Position numbers and translations under genes: made by a program. Below are positions 18,989-28,801 of a DNA stretch of 64,000 bases, piece by piece. The notes under the pieces are model-generated. The model was not told where the DNA came from, searched no databases, and saw nothing but the letters and a program-made list of their open reading frames with translations. Numbering within the stretch: position 1 is the first letter of the stretch; each line of letters opens with the position of its first letter. The stretch spans positions 39,430 through 103,429 of the forward strand of contig CAIOAT010000013.1 of assembly GCA_903856085.1 (NCBI GenBank), in the 5' to 3' direction. This DNA comes from Candidatus Omnitrophota bacterium. Lineage in GTDB: Bacteria > Omnitrophota > Omnitrophia > Omnitrophales > Aquincolibacteriaceae.

Positions 18989-21900
18989 ATTTATCTGAAA
19001 TCTCGATCAAGAACCCAGTGTTTGCGTGGATGCTCATGATTGGACTTATGGTGTTCGGCATCCTCGGTTGCCACGGGATGGGCGTTGGGCAGATGCCGGA
19101 CGTGGACTTCCCTGTTTTAAATGTCAGTGTTAACTGGGAAGGTGCTGCGCCCGAGGTCATGGAAAGCGACGTGGTCGATATCATTGAAGATTCTGTCATG
19201 GGAATCCAGGGATTGCGCGATATCTCCTCCTCTTCCGCGGAGGGAAAAGCCAATATTAAGCTCGAATTCGATCTTGACCGCGACATTGACGTCGCACTTC
19301 AAGAAGTCCAAAGCAAGATCTCTGAGGCCCGCCGGCGCCTTCCAATCGACATCGATCCCCCCATCATTCAGAAATTCAATCCTGAAGACCAGCCGATCAT
19401 GTACCTTGCGGTCACATCACGTCTTCCTTTAAAAGATCTGATGGACTTTGTCGACCGGAGCATTAAGGACCGTTTCAAGACCGTTCCAGGCGTCGGCGAT
19501 GTCTTTTTGGGCGGATTCTTGGAACGGAATCTCCGTGTATGGATCGACACGAAAAAACTTCTCGCATACCAACTAACGGTCGAAGACGTGATCAACGCCA
19601 TTCAAAAAGAGCATGTGGAAATTCCCGCCGGAAGGCTTGAAACCCAGGAAAAAGAATCTTCCGTACGCGCGATGGGCGAAGCGCGGTCCGTTGAGGAATT
19701 TGAAAAGATCGTCATCAACAATCGTAACGGCTTACCTATTTATCGTCCGATCAAATTAAGCGAGGTGGCCCGGATTGAAGACGGTCTTGCCGACCTCCGG
19801 AGAATGTCGCGGGCGATGGGAGAGCCGGCCGTCGGCCTCGGGATCCGGAAACAACGCGGCGCAAATACCGTCGCCGTGGCCGAAGGCGTCAAAAAACGGC
19901 TCGCGGAGATCCAGCGTGATCTTCCTTCGGATTTTTCGATCGGGATCAATTTTGACTCAAGCAAATTCATCAGCGACAGTGTTCATGAACTTTACCTGAC
20001 CCTCATCCTCTCCGCCGTTCTCACGTCCCTGGTATGCTGGCTCTTTTTGGGTTCATGGAGCTCGAACATGAATATCCTGCTCGCGATCCCGACCTCAATC
20101 CTCGGAACTTTCATCGTGATGAAGTTCGCGGGTTTCACCATGAACATATTCACATTACTCGGACTCTCGCTCGCCATCGGCATCGTGGTAGACGATGCCA
20201 TCATGGTGCTTGAAAATATCGTCCGCCATCGAGAACTGGGCGAAGGCAAGATCGATGCCGCTTTGAAAGGTTCCAAAGAAATCACATTCGCAGCCTTGGC
20301 GGCCACACTCGCCATCGCGGCGATCTTCCTTCCCGTGGTTTACATGAAGGGTATTATTGGAAAATTCTTCCTCCAGTTCGGCATTACGATCACCGCCGCC
20401 GTCTTTCTTTCGCTCTTGGAGGCTTTAACGCTCGCCCCCATGCGATGTTCACAATTACTTGAGATAGGAGAAAGAAAGACGCGATTCGGGAGAGCTTTTG
20501 AACACGGCATGGTTAAACTGAATGAATTCTACGGCAAAAGCCTTGTAGTGGCACTCAAGCATAAGTGGAAGGTGCTTCTATTTTCTTTTATTTTTTGTGT
20601 CGCCTCTTATATGATCACGGCCCCTTTGCTCAGAAAAGAATTCGTCCCGGCACAGGACCAAAGCATGTTCCTGGCCGCCCTGGAAACACCCATCGGCTCC
20701 TCGATTTATTTCACCAATGAGCGTTTCAAAGCCGTCGAGGAATATGTCATAAAGCACCCTTGCGTCAAACGCTACTTTTGCGTTATCGGTGTGCGCATGG
20801 GCGGGATGGAAGGCGAAGTGAATGCGGGCATGCTTTTCGTAACTCTCAAAGATCCGAAAAACCGCCCCTATGATCCAAAGCTTGGACGGCGTCCGACTCA
20901 ACAGGACGTGATGGACAAGTTCCGAACCGACATCAATAAGATTCCGAACGTCAAAGCAATCATGCAAGACCTTTCCACTCGCGGATTCTCTGCCACACGC
21001 GGGTATCCCATCGAGTTCTCGATTCGCGGACCTAATTGGGACAAATTAGTTGAGTACGCCGGAACGATCCAGGATAAGATGAAAAAGAGCCCGTACTTTC
21101 AGGATGTTGACAGCGATTACCGATCCGGCGTCACCGAAGTACGGATCACGCCGGATCGTGATAAGGCTTTCGGTCATGCCGCGAGCGTCGAAACGATCGC
21201 GAGAACCGTGAACGCCATGATCGGTGGCGAACGCGTAGCGAAATATACAAAGGATGGAAGGCGTTATGACGTCCGGGTCAAGGCAACCGATAAGGACCGG
21301 CAGACCATCGAGAATATCAAGGATCTTTGGATATGGAATAACCGCGGAGAGATGGTCCAACTCGTGGATGTTGTCAAAATTACGGAACGTCCCAGTCTCC
21401 TGAGCATCACCCGCCAAGGACGCGAACGCGCCATCAGCCTTTACGCGAGTGCAACCACCGGGAAATCGCTTGCTACGGCCATTCAGGAAGCCCAAAAGAT
21501 CGCGGAAGAGACGCTCCCTGACCCCTACCGTGTTGTTTTCAGCGGCTCGAGCCAAACTTTCAAGGAATCGATGATGAGCCTGATCTTCGCACTTGTCATG
21601 GGCATCATCGTCGCCTACATGATCCTGGCTTCCCAATTCAATCACATCATCCATCCGATCACGGTCCTCCTGGCGCTCCCGTTCAGTCTCGTGGGCGCTT
21701 TCTGGGCGCTTCTGATCGCAAACCAATCTCTCAGCATCTTCAGTTTCATCGGCCTTTTGCTTTTGATGGGAATCGTGAAAAAGAACTCCATTTTGCTCGT
21801 GGATTTCACCAACCAGATGAGAGCTCGAGGCATGAATACTTACGACGCACTCCTCACGGCCTGCCCGATCCGGCTACGCCCGATCATTATGACCTCGGTC

Positions 21901-22137
21901 TCCACCATCGCGGCCGCAGTCCCACCCGCCCTAGCGCTCGGTCCCGGCGCGGAAACCCGTATCCCGATGGGCGTCGCGATCATCGGCGGCGTGCTGGTCT
22001 CAACGCTTTTGACACTGTTCGTGGTACCAGCCTTCTATCTGGTGTGCGACAAGTTGGAACAAAAAGGATCGTTCGGCGCGGTCGTTGATGCTTTCAAATC
22101 CAAGCTTTCGGTCCTTTTTCAAAAAAAACAGGCCTGA
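18985..22137 (+). CDS. RND (HAE1, AcrB/CzcA-like) inner-membrane efflux permease
   Basis: 1050 aa with 12 transmembrane helices and two large periplasmic loops. Conserved AcrB features include MNLSEISIKNPVFAWMLMIGL and GLSLAIGIVVDDAIMVLENI. Confidence 0.9.
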   Translation: MNLSEISIKNPVFAWMLMIGLMVFGILGCHGMGVGQMPDVDFPVLNVSVNWEGAAPEVMESDVVDIIEDSVMGIQGLRDISSSSAEGKANIKLEFDLDRDIDVALQEVQSKISEARRRLPIDIDPPIIQKFNPEDQPIMYLAVTSRLPLKDLMDFVDRSIKDRFKTVPGVGDVFLGGFLERNLRVWIDTKKLLAYQLTVEDVINAIQKEHVEIPAGRLETQEKESSVRAMGEARSVEEFEKIVINNRNGLPIYRPIKLSEVARIEDGLADLRRMSRAMGEPAVGLGIRKQRGANTVAVAEGVKKRLAEIQRDLPSDFSIGINFDSSKFISDSVHELYLTLILSAVLTSLVCWLFLGSWSSNMNILLAIPTSILGTFIVMKFAGFTMNIFTLLGLSLAIGIVVDDAIMVLENIVRHRELGEGKIDAALKGSKEITFAALAATLAIAAIFLPVVYMKGIIGKFFLQFGITITAAVFLSLLEALTLAPMRCSQLLEIGERKTRFGRAFEHGMVKLNEFYGKSLVVALKHKWKVLLFSFIFCVASYMITAPLLRKEFVPAQDQSMFLAALETPIGSSIYFTNERFKAVEEYVIKHPCVKRYFCVIGVRMGGMEGEVNAGMLFVTLKDPKNRPYDPKLGRRPTQQDVMDKFRTDINKIPNVKAIMQDLSTRGFSATRGYPIEFSIRGPNWDKLVEYAGTIQDKMKKSPYFQDVDSDYRSGVTEVRITPDRDKAFGHAASVETIARTVNAMIGGERVAKYTKDGRRYDVRVKATDKDRQTIENIKDLWIWNNRGEMVQLVDVVKITERPSLLSITRQGRERAISLYASATTGKSLATAIQEAQKIAEETLPDPYRVVFSGSSQTFKESMMSLIFALVMGIIVAYMILASQFNHIIHPITVLLALPFSLVGAFWALLIANQSLSIFSFIGLLLLMGIVKKNSILLVDFTNQMRARGMNTYDALLTACPIRLRPIIMTSVSTIAAAVPPALALGPGAETRIPMGVAIIGGVLVSTLLTLFVVPAFYLVCDKLEQKGSFGAVVDAFKSKLSVLFQKKQA

Positions 22138-22190
22138 CACATATTCATTTTCACCTATCCTTAAAGACTCTCCGGCTCTAACATAGAGCC

Positions 22191-22808
22191 ATGCCTATGG
22201 AACTTATCCTTCAGCCGCTTTTGGCAGGACTCTCGGTTGGGGCCTTTTGCCTCACCTACTGTTTTCCCTTCATAGGCACTTTCTTCGGCGCAGAAGAACG
22301 CAGCCCCAAGAAAAACTTTTTGATCCTTCTTGAATTTCTGGGCGGACGTCTGGCGGGTTATCTTTGTTTCGGCCTGCTCGTGGGCTACCTCGGCGAGAAG
22401 TTCGACCCCCGGTGGCTACGCCGCGCCACGGATATTTCTTTCATCGTTCTCTCCCTTGCACTTTTCTTTTATCTTCTCGGCCTTGTACGTGAAAAAAACT
22501 TCTGCCGACCCCCGAAATTTCTTAAAGCCCGGAGCCCCATGCTCATGGGTTTTTTCATGGGAATCAATCTTTGCCCTCCGTTTTTGCTGTCCGTCACTTA
22601 TGTTTTTTCCCGGCATAGCGCCCTTTATGGCATAGCTTACTTCGCGCTTTTCTTTCTCGCGAGCTCCCTCTATTTTCTACCAACCGTCTTTGTAGGGCTT
22701 GCTTCCAGAGCTAAGGAATTCCGAACCATGGCACGCACAAGCGGCTTTCTGGTAGCCACCTTGTTTTTTATTTACGGGATCTATTCGCTTGTTCATAATA
22801 GGCTTTAG
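22191..22808 (+). CDS. integral membrane protein (about 6 transmembrane helices) with intramembrane CxxxC and CPP cysteine motifs; possibly a CcdA/DsbD_2-like thiol-disulfide transporter
   Basis: CLTYCFPF lies in TM1 and NLCPPFLL in TM4. There is no close family match I can assert. It sits 10 nt upstream of the radical SAM gene. Confidence 0.45.
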   Translation: MPMELILQPLLAGLSVGAFCLTYCFPFIGTFFGAEERSPKKNFLILLEFLGGRLAGYLCFGLLVGYLGEKFDPRWLRRATDISFIVLSLALFFYLLGLVREKNFCRPPKFLKARSPMLMGFFMGINLCPPFLLSVTYVFSRHSALYGIAYFALFFLASSLYFLPTVFVGLASRAKEFRTMARTSGFLVATLFFIYGIYSLVHNRL

Positions 22809-22817
22809 CATGGAGAC

Positions 22818-23960
22818 TTGAGGATGAATATCACGCAACTGCTTAAAAAGATTCTTTCTTTTTTCTTCCTAGCGATCGTTCTTGGAGCAACGCTTCTTTT
22901 TATTTACCGACGTGAAAATTCCGTCCGCGCGGATGACTCCCTGGACAAGACAGGCTTTCATGAAGCCCGCTATTATGAACCCCTGCCCCAAAAGAGGGTC
23001 CAGTGCTTCCTCTGCCCCAATGAGTGCACCTTCTCATCCGGCCAGTTTGGCGCTTGCAAGGCTCGCAAAAATATCGATGGAAAACTTTATTCCATGGTCT
23101 ACGGCAAGATCGCGACCTCGCACGTGGATCCGATCGAGAAAAAACCATTCTTCCATTTCCTCCCGAGCAGCACGGCTTTCTCCATCGCCACAACCGGCTG
23201 CAACATGCACTGCCTTTTTTGTCAGAACTGGGAGATCTCGCAGGCCTTCCCCGAGGATGTGCCAACCCAAGCCGCAACGCCTGACAAGGTTGTAGCCCAA
23301 GCGCTCGCCAACGGCGCCCGATCCATCGCCTTCACCTACAACGAACCTGTGATTGCTTATGAATATATGCTGGATATCGCGAAGCTCGCCAAAAGCAAGG
23401 GGCTCAAGACCGTGGTTGTCTCAAGCGGCTACATCGAGGAAGAACCGCTCAAGGAACTTTTGAAATACATCGATGCGTACAAAGTCGACCTCAAAGCCTT
23501 CAATGAAAAATTCTACCGGAAGTTTACAGGCGGTCGGCTGGCGTCGGTCCTGGAAACCCTCAAGACAATCAAGCAAAGCGGCGTATGGCTGGAGATCGTG
23601 AACCTGATCGTCCCCGGGGAAAATGATAGCGATGACGAACTCCGCGCCATGGCGCACTGGATCCACTCAAATTTGGGCGACAGCGTACCGCTCCATTTCA
23701 GCCGGTTCTTTCCACAATACAAACTCAAGAACCTTCCGCCTACGCCTCCTGAAACGCTCATTCGCGCACGCAAGATCGCTATGGACGAAGGACTCAAATA
23801 CGTTTATACCGGAAATATCGCTTATCCCGAAGGCGAGGCGACTTATTGCCCGGAATCGAAGGAAAAAGCTATTGTCCGCCAAGGTTATTTTGTTATCGCG
23901 AACCACCTGAAAAATGGAGCTTGCCCCGATGGAGAACAAATCCCCGGCGTCTGGAAATAG
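22818..23960 (+). CDS. AmmeMemoRadiSam-system radical SAM enzyme (PFL-activase-like), with N-terminal transmembrane anchor
   Basis: CNMHCLFCQNWEIS is the CxxxCxxC motif. VQCFLCPNECTFSSGQFGACKARKNIDGKLY is the typical N-terminal cysteine-rich region of AmmeMemoSam radical SAM enzymes. The N-terminus has a transmembrane helix (LLKKILSFFFLAIVLGATLLFIY). Confidence 0.8.
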   Translation: MRMNITQLLKKILSFFFLAIVLGATLLFIYRRENSVRADDSLDKTGFHEARYYEPLPQKRVQCFLCPNECTFSSGQFGACKARKNIDGKLYSMVYGKIATSHVDPIEKKPFFHFLPSSTAFSIATTGCNMHCLFCQNWEISQAFPEDVPTQAATPDKVVAQALANGARSIAFTYNEPVIAYEYMLDIAKLAKSKGLKTVVVSSGYIEEEPLKELLKYIDAYKVDLKAFNEKFYRKFTGGRLASVLETLKTIKQSGVWLEIVNLIVPGENDSDDELRAMAHWIHSNLGDSVPLHFSRFFPQYKLKNLPPTPPETLIRARKIAMDEGLKYVYTGNIAYPEGEATYCPESKEKAIVRQGYFVIANHLKNGACPDGEQIPGVWK

Positions 23961-25530
23961 CCTGCGCACACCCGGTGTGTACGGCGGATGGATTACGATC
24001 GCATTACTATCACTGGCGTTCACGTTCTCCACGCCTGGTGAAAAAAATGATGGGAACAGAGATGCGAACGTCCGAAGGGCAGCTGTGGCCGGAAAATTTT
24101 ATCCCAGGGACAGAGCTACGCTTGAGAACTACGTGGACACCCTGCTCCTCCAAGCCAACCCGCCAGCGATCAAAGATCCGATCCGCGCGATCATGGTCCC
24201 GCATGCTGGTTATGTTTTTTCAGGCCCGGTCGCGGCTTATGCTTACAAGGAGCTTGAAGGCCGCGACATTAGCACGGTGATCTTGATCGGCAACAGCCAC
24301 CACCATTATTTCAATGGCATCGCGGTCTACGCCAAAGGTGCCTTTGAAACACCACTGGGTCTTGTTCCCGTCGACGAGACGCTCGCCGCAAAACTCCTGG
24401 CGGCCGACCCTGCCATCATCGACCGCCCCGATATTCACGAAGGCGATCACGTACTGGAAGTGCAACTTCCCTTCCTCCAGCGCATTCTGAAAGATTTCAA
24501 AATAGTCCCCATTCTCTTCAGTGGCGACTCGCCGGAACTTGCCAGAAAACTCGCCCGCATCCTTCCCCCGTTCCTGAATGACAAAACCTTGATCGTTGCG
24601 AGCACCGATATGTCTCATTATCCACCCTATGCCGATGCCACGGCCTCGGACCAAAAAACGCTCGACGCCATTCTGACCGGAAAAATGGATGATCTAGACG
24701 CTACTTTAAAAACGCTCGACACTGAACATGTCCCTCAGGCTGAAACTTTCCTCTGCAGTCCCAGCGGCGTACGCGTCGCCATGCTCCTCGCACAAAGTTC
24801 CGGAAACATTAGCCCCGTTCTTTTGAAATATGCAAATTCGGGAGATTCACCGGCCGGCGATAAAACCCGTGTGGTCGGCTACGGCGCCGTCGCCTTCATC
24901 GCAAAGCAAGCCGCGGGACCTGCCGCACCTCCGGCCCCTGGCGAAGAAAAGAAAAGTGCGGCAGATAAAGAAAAAATAACCTCTTCGGAAAAGGAAGAAC
25001 TCCTGAAGATCGCACGCTCCACCGTGGAAAGTTACGTTCGAACTGGAAAAATCCCTGAATTTTCTCCCGCTTCCCCGGCCCTCAAACAGCCGCTAGGTGC
25101 TTTTGTAACACTGAAAGAAAACGGCCAACTTCGCGGCTGTATTGGCCGCTTCGATCCTTCCGGACCTCTTTATCTCACCATCCAGCAAATGGCCGTGTCC
25201 GCAGCCTCGCAAGATCCACGGTTCAGACCTGTTGGCTCCAATGAACTCGGACGGTTGGAATACGAGATCTCGGTTTTAAGCCCGTTGAGAAAAGTTCGTG
25301 CGGCAGATGAGATCACACTTGGCGAACACGGCGTTCAAGTCTCGAAAGGATTTCATCATGGCGTTTTCCTGCCGCAAGTAGCAACGGAGACGGGATGGAG
25401 CAAAGACGCTTTCCTCAGCGAACTTTGCTCTCAGAAAGCCGGATTGCCAAGAGACTGCTGGAAAGATCCAGCGGTGAGTTTACAGATCTTTACGGCGGAC
25501 GTCTTTTCGGAAGAGAAGCAGCAGCATTAG
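23914..25530 (+). CDS. fusion protein: MEMO1-like domain (AmmeMemoRadiSam system protein B) + AMMECR1 domain (protein A), with N-terminal transmembrane/signal segment
   Basis: The N-terminal half (IMVPHAGYVFSGPVAAYAYKEL, IGNSHHHYF, IVASTDMSHYPP) is MEMO1/DUF52-like. After an AGPAAPPAPGEEKK linker, the C-terminal half is AMMECR1 (LGAFVTLKENGQLRGCIGRF, HGVFLPQVATETGW). It overlaps the radical SAM gene. Confidence 0.8.
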   Translation: MELAPMENKSPASGNSLRTPGVYGGWITIALLSLAFTFSTPGEKNDGNRDANVRRAAVAGKFYPRDRATLENYVDTLLLQANPPAIKDPIRAIMVPHAGYVFSGPVAAYAYKELEGRDISTVILIGNSHHHYFNGIAVYAKGAFETPLGLVPVDETLAAKLLAADPAIIDRPDIHEGDHVLEVQLPFLQRILKDFKIVPILFSGDSPELARKLARILPPFLNDKTLIVASTDMSHYPPYADATASDQKTLDAILTGKMDDLDATLKTLDTEHVPQAETFLCSPSGVRVAMLLAQSSGNISPVLLKYANSGDSPAGDKTRVVGYGAVAFIAKQAAGPAAPPAPGEEKKSAADKEKITSSEKEELLKIARSTVESYVRTGKIPEFSPASPALKQPLGAFVTLKENGQLRGCIGRFDPSGPLYLTIQQMAVSAASQDPRFRPVGSNELGRLEYEISVLSPLRKVRAADEITLGEHGVQVSKGFHHGVFLPQVATETGWSKDAFLSELCSQKAGLPRDCWKDPAVSLQIFTADVFSEEKQQH

Positions 25531-27726
25531 AAGAGCGTTTACAGCACCCAGAAGTATGAGTGTCTGAGGAACTCCCAAGATCGGAATGAAAAATCCAGCG
25601 GTCAGAAGAGCGCCCAGCGCCGAGCCCCCAAGATCCGCCGCGTAAACACTCCCGAGCCGGTTGCCTTCACCCCGGACGAGATAAAGCCGGTTCGCAAATG
25701 GAAAGGCAGCCCCAGCGATAAGACCGCCCCCGAGCGCCATGCCTAAAAAAACAAACTGATATTCTTCACCCAGAAAAAACCCTTTTGAAAAGATCCTCAC
25801 GCAACCTTTGATGATCAAAAAGAAAAATACTGCGTTCATTCCATGAAGTCCTGCAAGTCCAAACCTCTCGGGAATCTTTTTGAGGCCCAACGCTACCCAG
25901 GTCCCCGCCCCGAGTCCCACCATGAACACCGTGATCACCCAGGCAAGCCGGTAGTAAAGATCTCCAAACGCCGCCTGAAAAAGATAGATCACCACGATCT
26001 CAAACGCCATCAAAGAAAAACCGGCCGTCCCCATACTAACGAACGCGAGTTTCCTTATGCCCTTCTGCGTCCCCCCGGAGAAAGCAACAAGGAACAGGAC
26101 CAGGCATAAACCCACCGTCAGAATGACCGGGAAAGGAAGGGTCGACCCGAAAAAGAAGGCTTTCGTGATCTTGGGATCGAATTGACTGAGCCACTGGAGA
26201 AATTCGAAATAACAAGTGCGCGGCCGGAGGTCTGTGTTCTTTGTCTTCCATATCGAATTACTGAAAGCCGTCGAGACCCGCCCCACGCGATCGTTCGTAA
26301 GCCGGTAGCGGATCTGATCCGCCGTTACAAAATCGGACCGTATCTGCCGTTCGGAGAGCCGATCGATCATTTCCTTAGAACCCAAAGACGACGCCTTCCC
26401 CGCAAAAGCCAAAAAGAAAAGCGTGTCCTCAGGAAGCGCCTTCACGGAAGGAAAAACCTGACTGAGCGTCGCGAAGATCGAGCTACCAAGCCGTTCCAGT
26501 TCTGGCGTCATGATGTTCGCCGCAAACGTAATATGGGTGGCAAAAACGCCACCGACCGAAAGATGGGAACGGATAGAACGGAAGAATTGCTCTGTGTAAT
26601 TTCGATTGATGAGCACCGAAGCTGGATCCGGAAAATTCGCAATAATCACATCAAATTTCTCTCCTTCTCGTTTAAGAAAATCCCTCGGATCCGCAGCCTC
26701 AAGCTGCACCCGGGGATCGCGAAGCGTCCCTTGGAGATCCTGCGGCAGAAACCCGCGGGCGATCTTCAAAAACTCAGGGTCCAGCTCGACTGCGCGAACC
26801 TCTCGGGGGCCATGTTTTAAGATCTCCTGCAAAGGCCCGTTGAATCCGGTCCCAAGGAGCAGGACCTTTTGAGGTCCCGGATGCGAAAGCATCGGAAAAT
26901 GGACCAGATACTCACTCGCGAGGGCTTCCCGATCCGCGCCCAGAAGCAGGCCGCTCTGATAGAAATTATATTGCGCCCCTAGCTGCGTGACAGACACATT
27001 GCCGTGGACGGTATTCTCCGTCAGGACAAGCCTTTCGTTCGGGAACCGTAACTGAGACGTCCGTTGCTGCAAAGAAGCGCTGCTCATAAAAAGCCCTGCC
27101 GAAAAAAGAATCGCTGTAAAAACAAAAAGCCCCAGAATCTTTTTCTTGAGAAAAATATGAAAAATCCCGCAGGCAGTCACGAGATTTAAAACTGCGAGAA
27201 TCGCTGCCACCCGAAATTCATTAGTGAAAACAAGCACAAAACTAAAAACGGTCCCGCCCACGATGAATCCAAGGCATTCCCAGAAATACGCCCACCCCAC
27301 CGTTCGCGCCGATTCCCCCTCCGACGTTTGAGATAACTGGGCTCGTGCCGCAACCGCGAATTGCATCCCCAGTACCCCGCATAGAGGCACAAGAACAGCC
27401 AGCGAATAGAGGAGAGAGGGAATAAATTCCGGAAGCGCCCCTGCCGGAGTCCCAAGAACCAACTTGCCGGAGCGTATAAGGATGATCGTGAAAGGAAAAA
27501 GGAAGGCTATAAGAACGTGGCAGATTGCAAGCATCCGAAAAGCTTTTTTTGCATCGCAGGAGAATCTTGAGCCTAGCGCAGTCCCCAAGAGCCAACAGAA
27601 GAGAACCCAGCCGATGAAAAACTCATTGGCGTAGAAACTCATCGCAAATTCCCGGATCACCACCACCTGGGAAATAAGCGACGAAAACCCGAGAATAGCA
27701 AAGGAGAGGATAAGGATCTTTTTCAT
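25480..27726 (-). CDS. polytopic membrane protein fused to a spermidine synthase-like (polyamine aminopropyltransferase) domain
   Basis: Roughly seven N-terminal and four C-terminal transmembrane helices flank a SpeE-like core (VLLLGTGFNGPLQEIL...VRAVELDPEFLKIARGFLP...FDVIIANFPDP). Confidence 0.75.
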   Translation of the reverse strand: MKKILILSFAILGFSSLISQVVVIREFAMSFYANEFFIGWVLFCWLLGTALGSRFSCDAKKAFRMLAICHVLIAFLFPFTIILIRSGKLVLGTPAGALPEFIPSLLYSLAVLVPLCGVLGMQFAVAARAQLSQTSEGESARTVGWAYFWECLGFIVGGTVFSFVLVFTNEFRVAAILAVLNLVTACGIFHIFLKKKILGLFVFTAILFSAGLFMSSASLQQRTSQLRFPNERLVLTENTVHGNVSVTQLGAQYNFYQSGLLLGADREALASEYLVHFPMLSHPGPQKVLLLGTGFNGPLQEILKHGPREVRAVELDPEFLKIARGFLPQDLQGTLRDPRVQLEAADPRDFLKREGEKFDVIIANFPDPASVLINRNYTEQFFRSIRSHLSVGGVFATHITFAANIMTPELERLGSSIFATLSQVFPSVKALPEDTLFFLAFAGKASSLGSKEMIDRLSERQIRSDFVTADQIRYRLTNDRVGRVSTAFSNSIWKTKNTDLRPRTCYFEFLQWLSQFDPKITKAFFFGSTLPFPVILTVGLCLVLFLVAFSGGTQKGIRKLAFVSMGTAGFSLMAFEIVVIYLFQAAFGDLYYRLAWVITVFMVGLGAGTWVALGLKKIPERFGLAGLHGMNAVFFFLIIKGCVRIFSKGFFLGEEYQFVFLGMALGGGLIAGAAFPFANRLYLVRGEGNRLGSVYAADLGGSALGALLTAGFFIPILGVPQTLILLGAVNALLMLLLLFRKDVRRKDL

Positions 27727-27807
27727 GTGCCTTTATGGGTCGAGCTGTCCCCGGGGAAAAGTCAGCTTCCATCCGGGGATGGGGCCACCCTACGCCTAAA
27801 GATCTCC

Positions 27808-28695
27808 CTAAGAAACCTTCCCGGAAAGAATACGGATCTCACGCTGCGGGTAAGGCATCGTGATCTGGGCAACGATAAGCGCTTTATGGATCGCCAGATT
27901 GATCGCGCAAAGAGTCTGGAAATATTTCGTCGTCGGGATCCAGTAGCGGCAACCGATGTTGATCGAAGAATCCCCGAACTCCTGAAGACCAACTTGCGGC
28001 TTGGGCGTCGCGGCAACCTCTGTAAAGCCCGCGATCGTCTTCTGAATCACCCCAATGGCCTTTTCCGGATCATCGGAGTAGCTAATGCCCACCATGTTTT
28101 CCACGATCTTGAACTTAAAGGAATTGTGAATGATCTCGCCCACAATACTCTTGTTCGGGATTGTGATCTTCACGCCATCCTCATCGGTGAGGATCGTCGA
28201 AGATAGGGTCACTTCATGGACCACCCCGCTTTGACCTGTCACTACAATGGTATCTCCCACCACGAACGGATGCCCCAGGATGATCGATATCCCGGCGCCG
28301 TAATTGGAAAGAGGACCCTGCAACGCCATGCTCGCGCCGAAAGCTCCCGCCCCGATCACCGCAATAAAGGGCGCGATCGTAATGCCGAATTTTCCAAGCG
28401 CGATAATGATGGCGAAGGCCAGAATCGCGATCTTAATACAGGACGCTATAAACTTTGATAAGGTGATATCGATCTTCTTTTTCTCACAAAGCTTGAGCAC
28501 AACTCCCTGCGCCCAATTCCCGATAAGATTTCCGATAATAAGAACGAGAATGGCCCCAATGACCTGGAGGCCGTACTCCGTCCCAAAATCAATGAGCTTA
28601 TTGATGAGCTTCTGTACTGTGGTCATTTCTTTTTCCATAAATTTCCCTTCAAGCAATTTTTGCGCTGCTGTCTGCACTGTAGACGATACGGGCAT
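27808..28695 (-). CDS. mechanosensitive ion channel, MscS family
   Basis: Three transmembrane helices then the MscS beta-domain (GDTIVVTGQSGVVHEVTLSSTILTDEDGVKITIPNKSIVGEIIHN). Confidence 0.8.
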   Translation of the reverse strand: MPVSSTVQTAAQKLLEGKFMEKEMTTVQKLINKLIDFGTEYGLQVIGAILVLIIGNLIGNWAQGVVLKLCEKKKIDITLSKFIASCIKIAILAFAIIIALGKFGITIAPFIAVIGAGAFGASMALQGPLSNYGAGISIILGHPFVVGDTIVVTGQSGVVHEVTLSSTILTDEDGVKITIPNKSIVGEIIHNSFKFKIVENMVGISYSDDPEKAIGVIQKTIAGFTEVAATPKPQVGLQEFGDSSINIGCRYWIPTTKYFQTLCAINLAIHKALIVAQITMPYPQREIRILSGKVS

Positions 28696-28801
28696 TTGTC
28701 ACCTCCGTCATTTTATCACCTAACTCCTGCGAGGAAAATGTTCGAATTCCGAATGGACGCTACTCTCTTTCCGCAATAAGGTCACTTTCGTTTCAAGGTG
28801 T

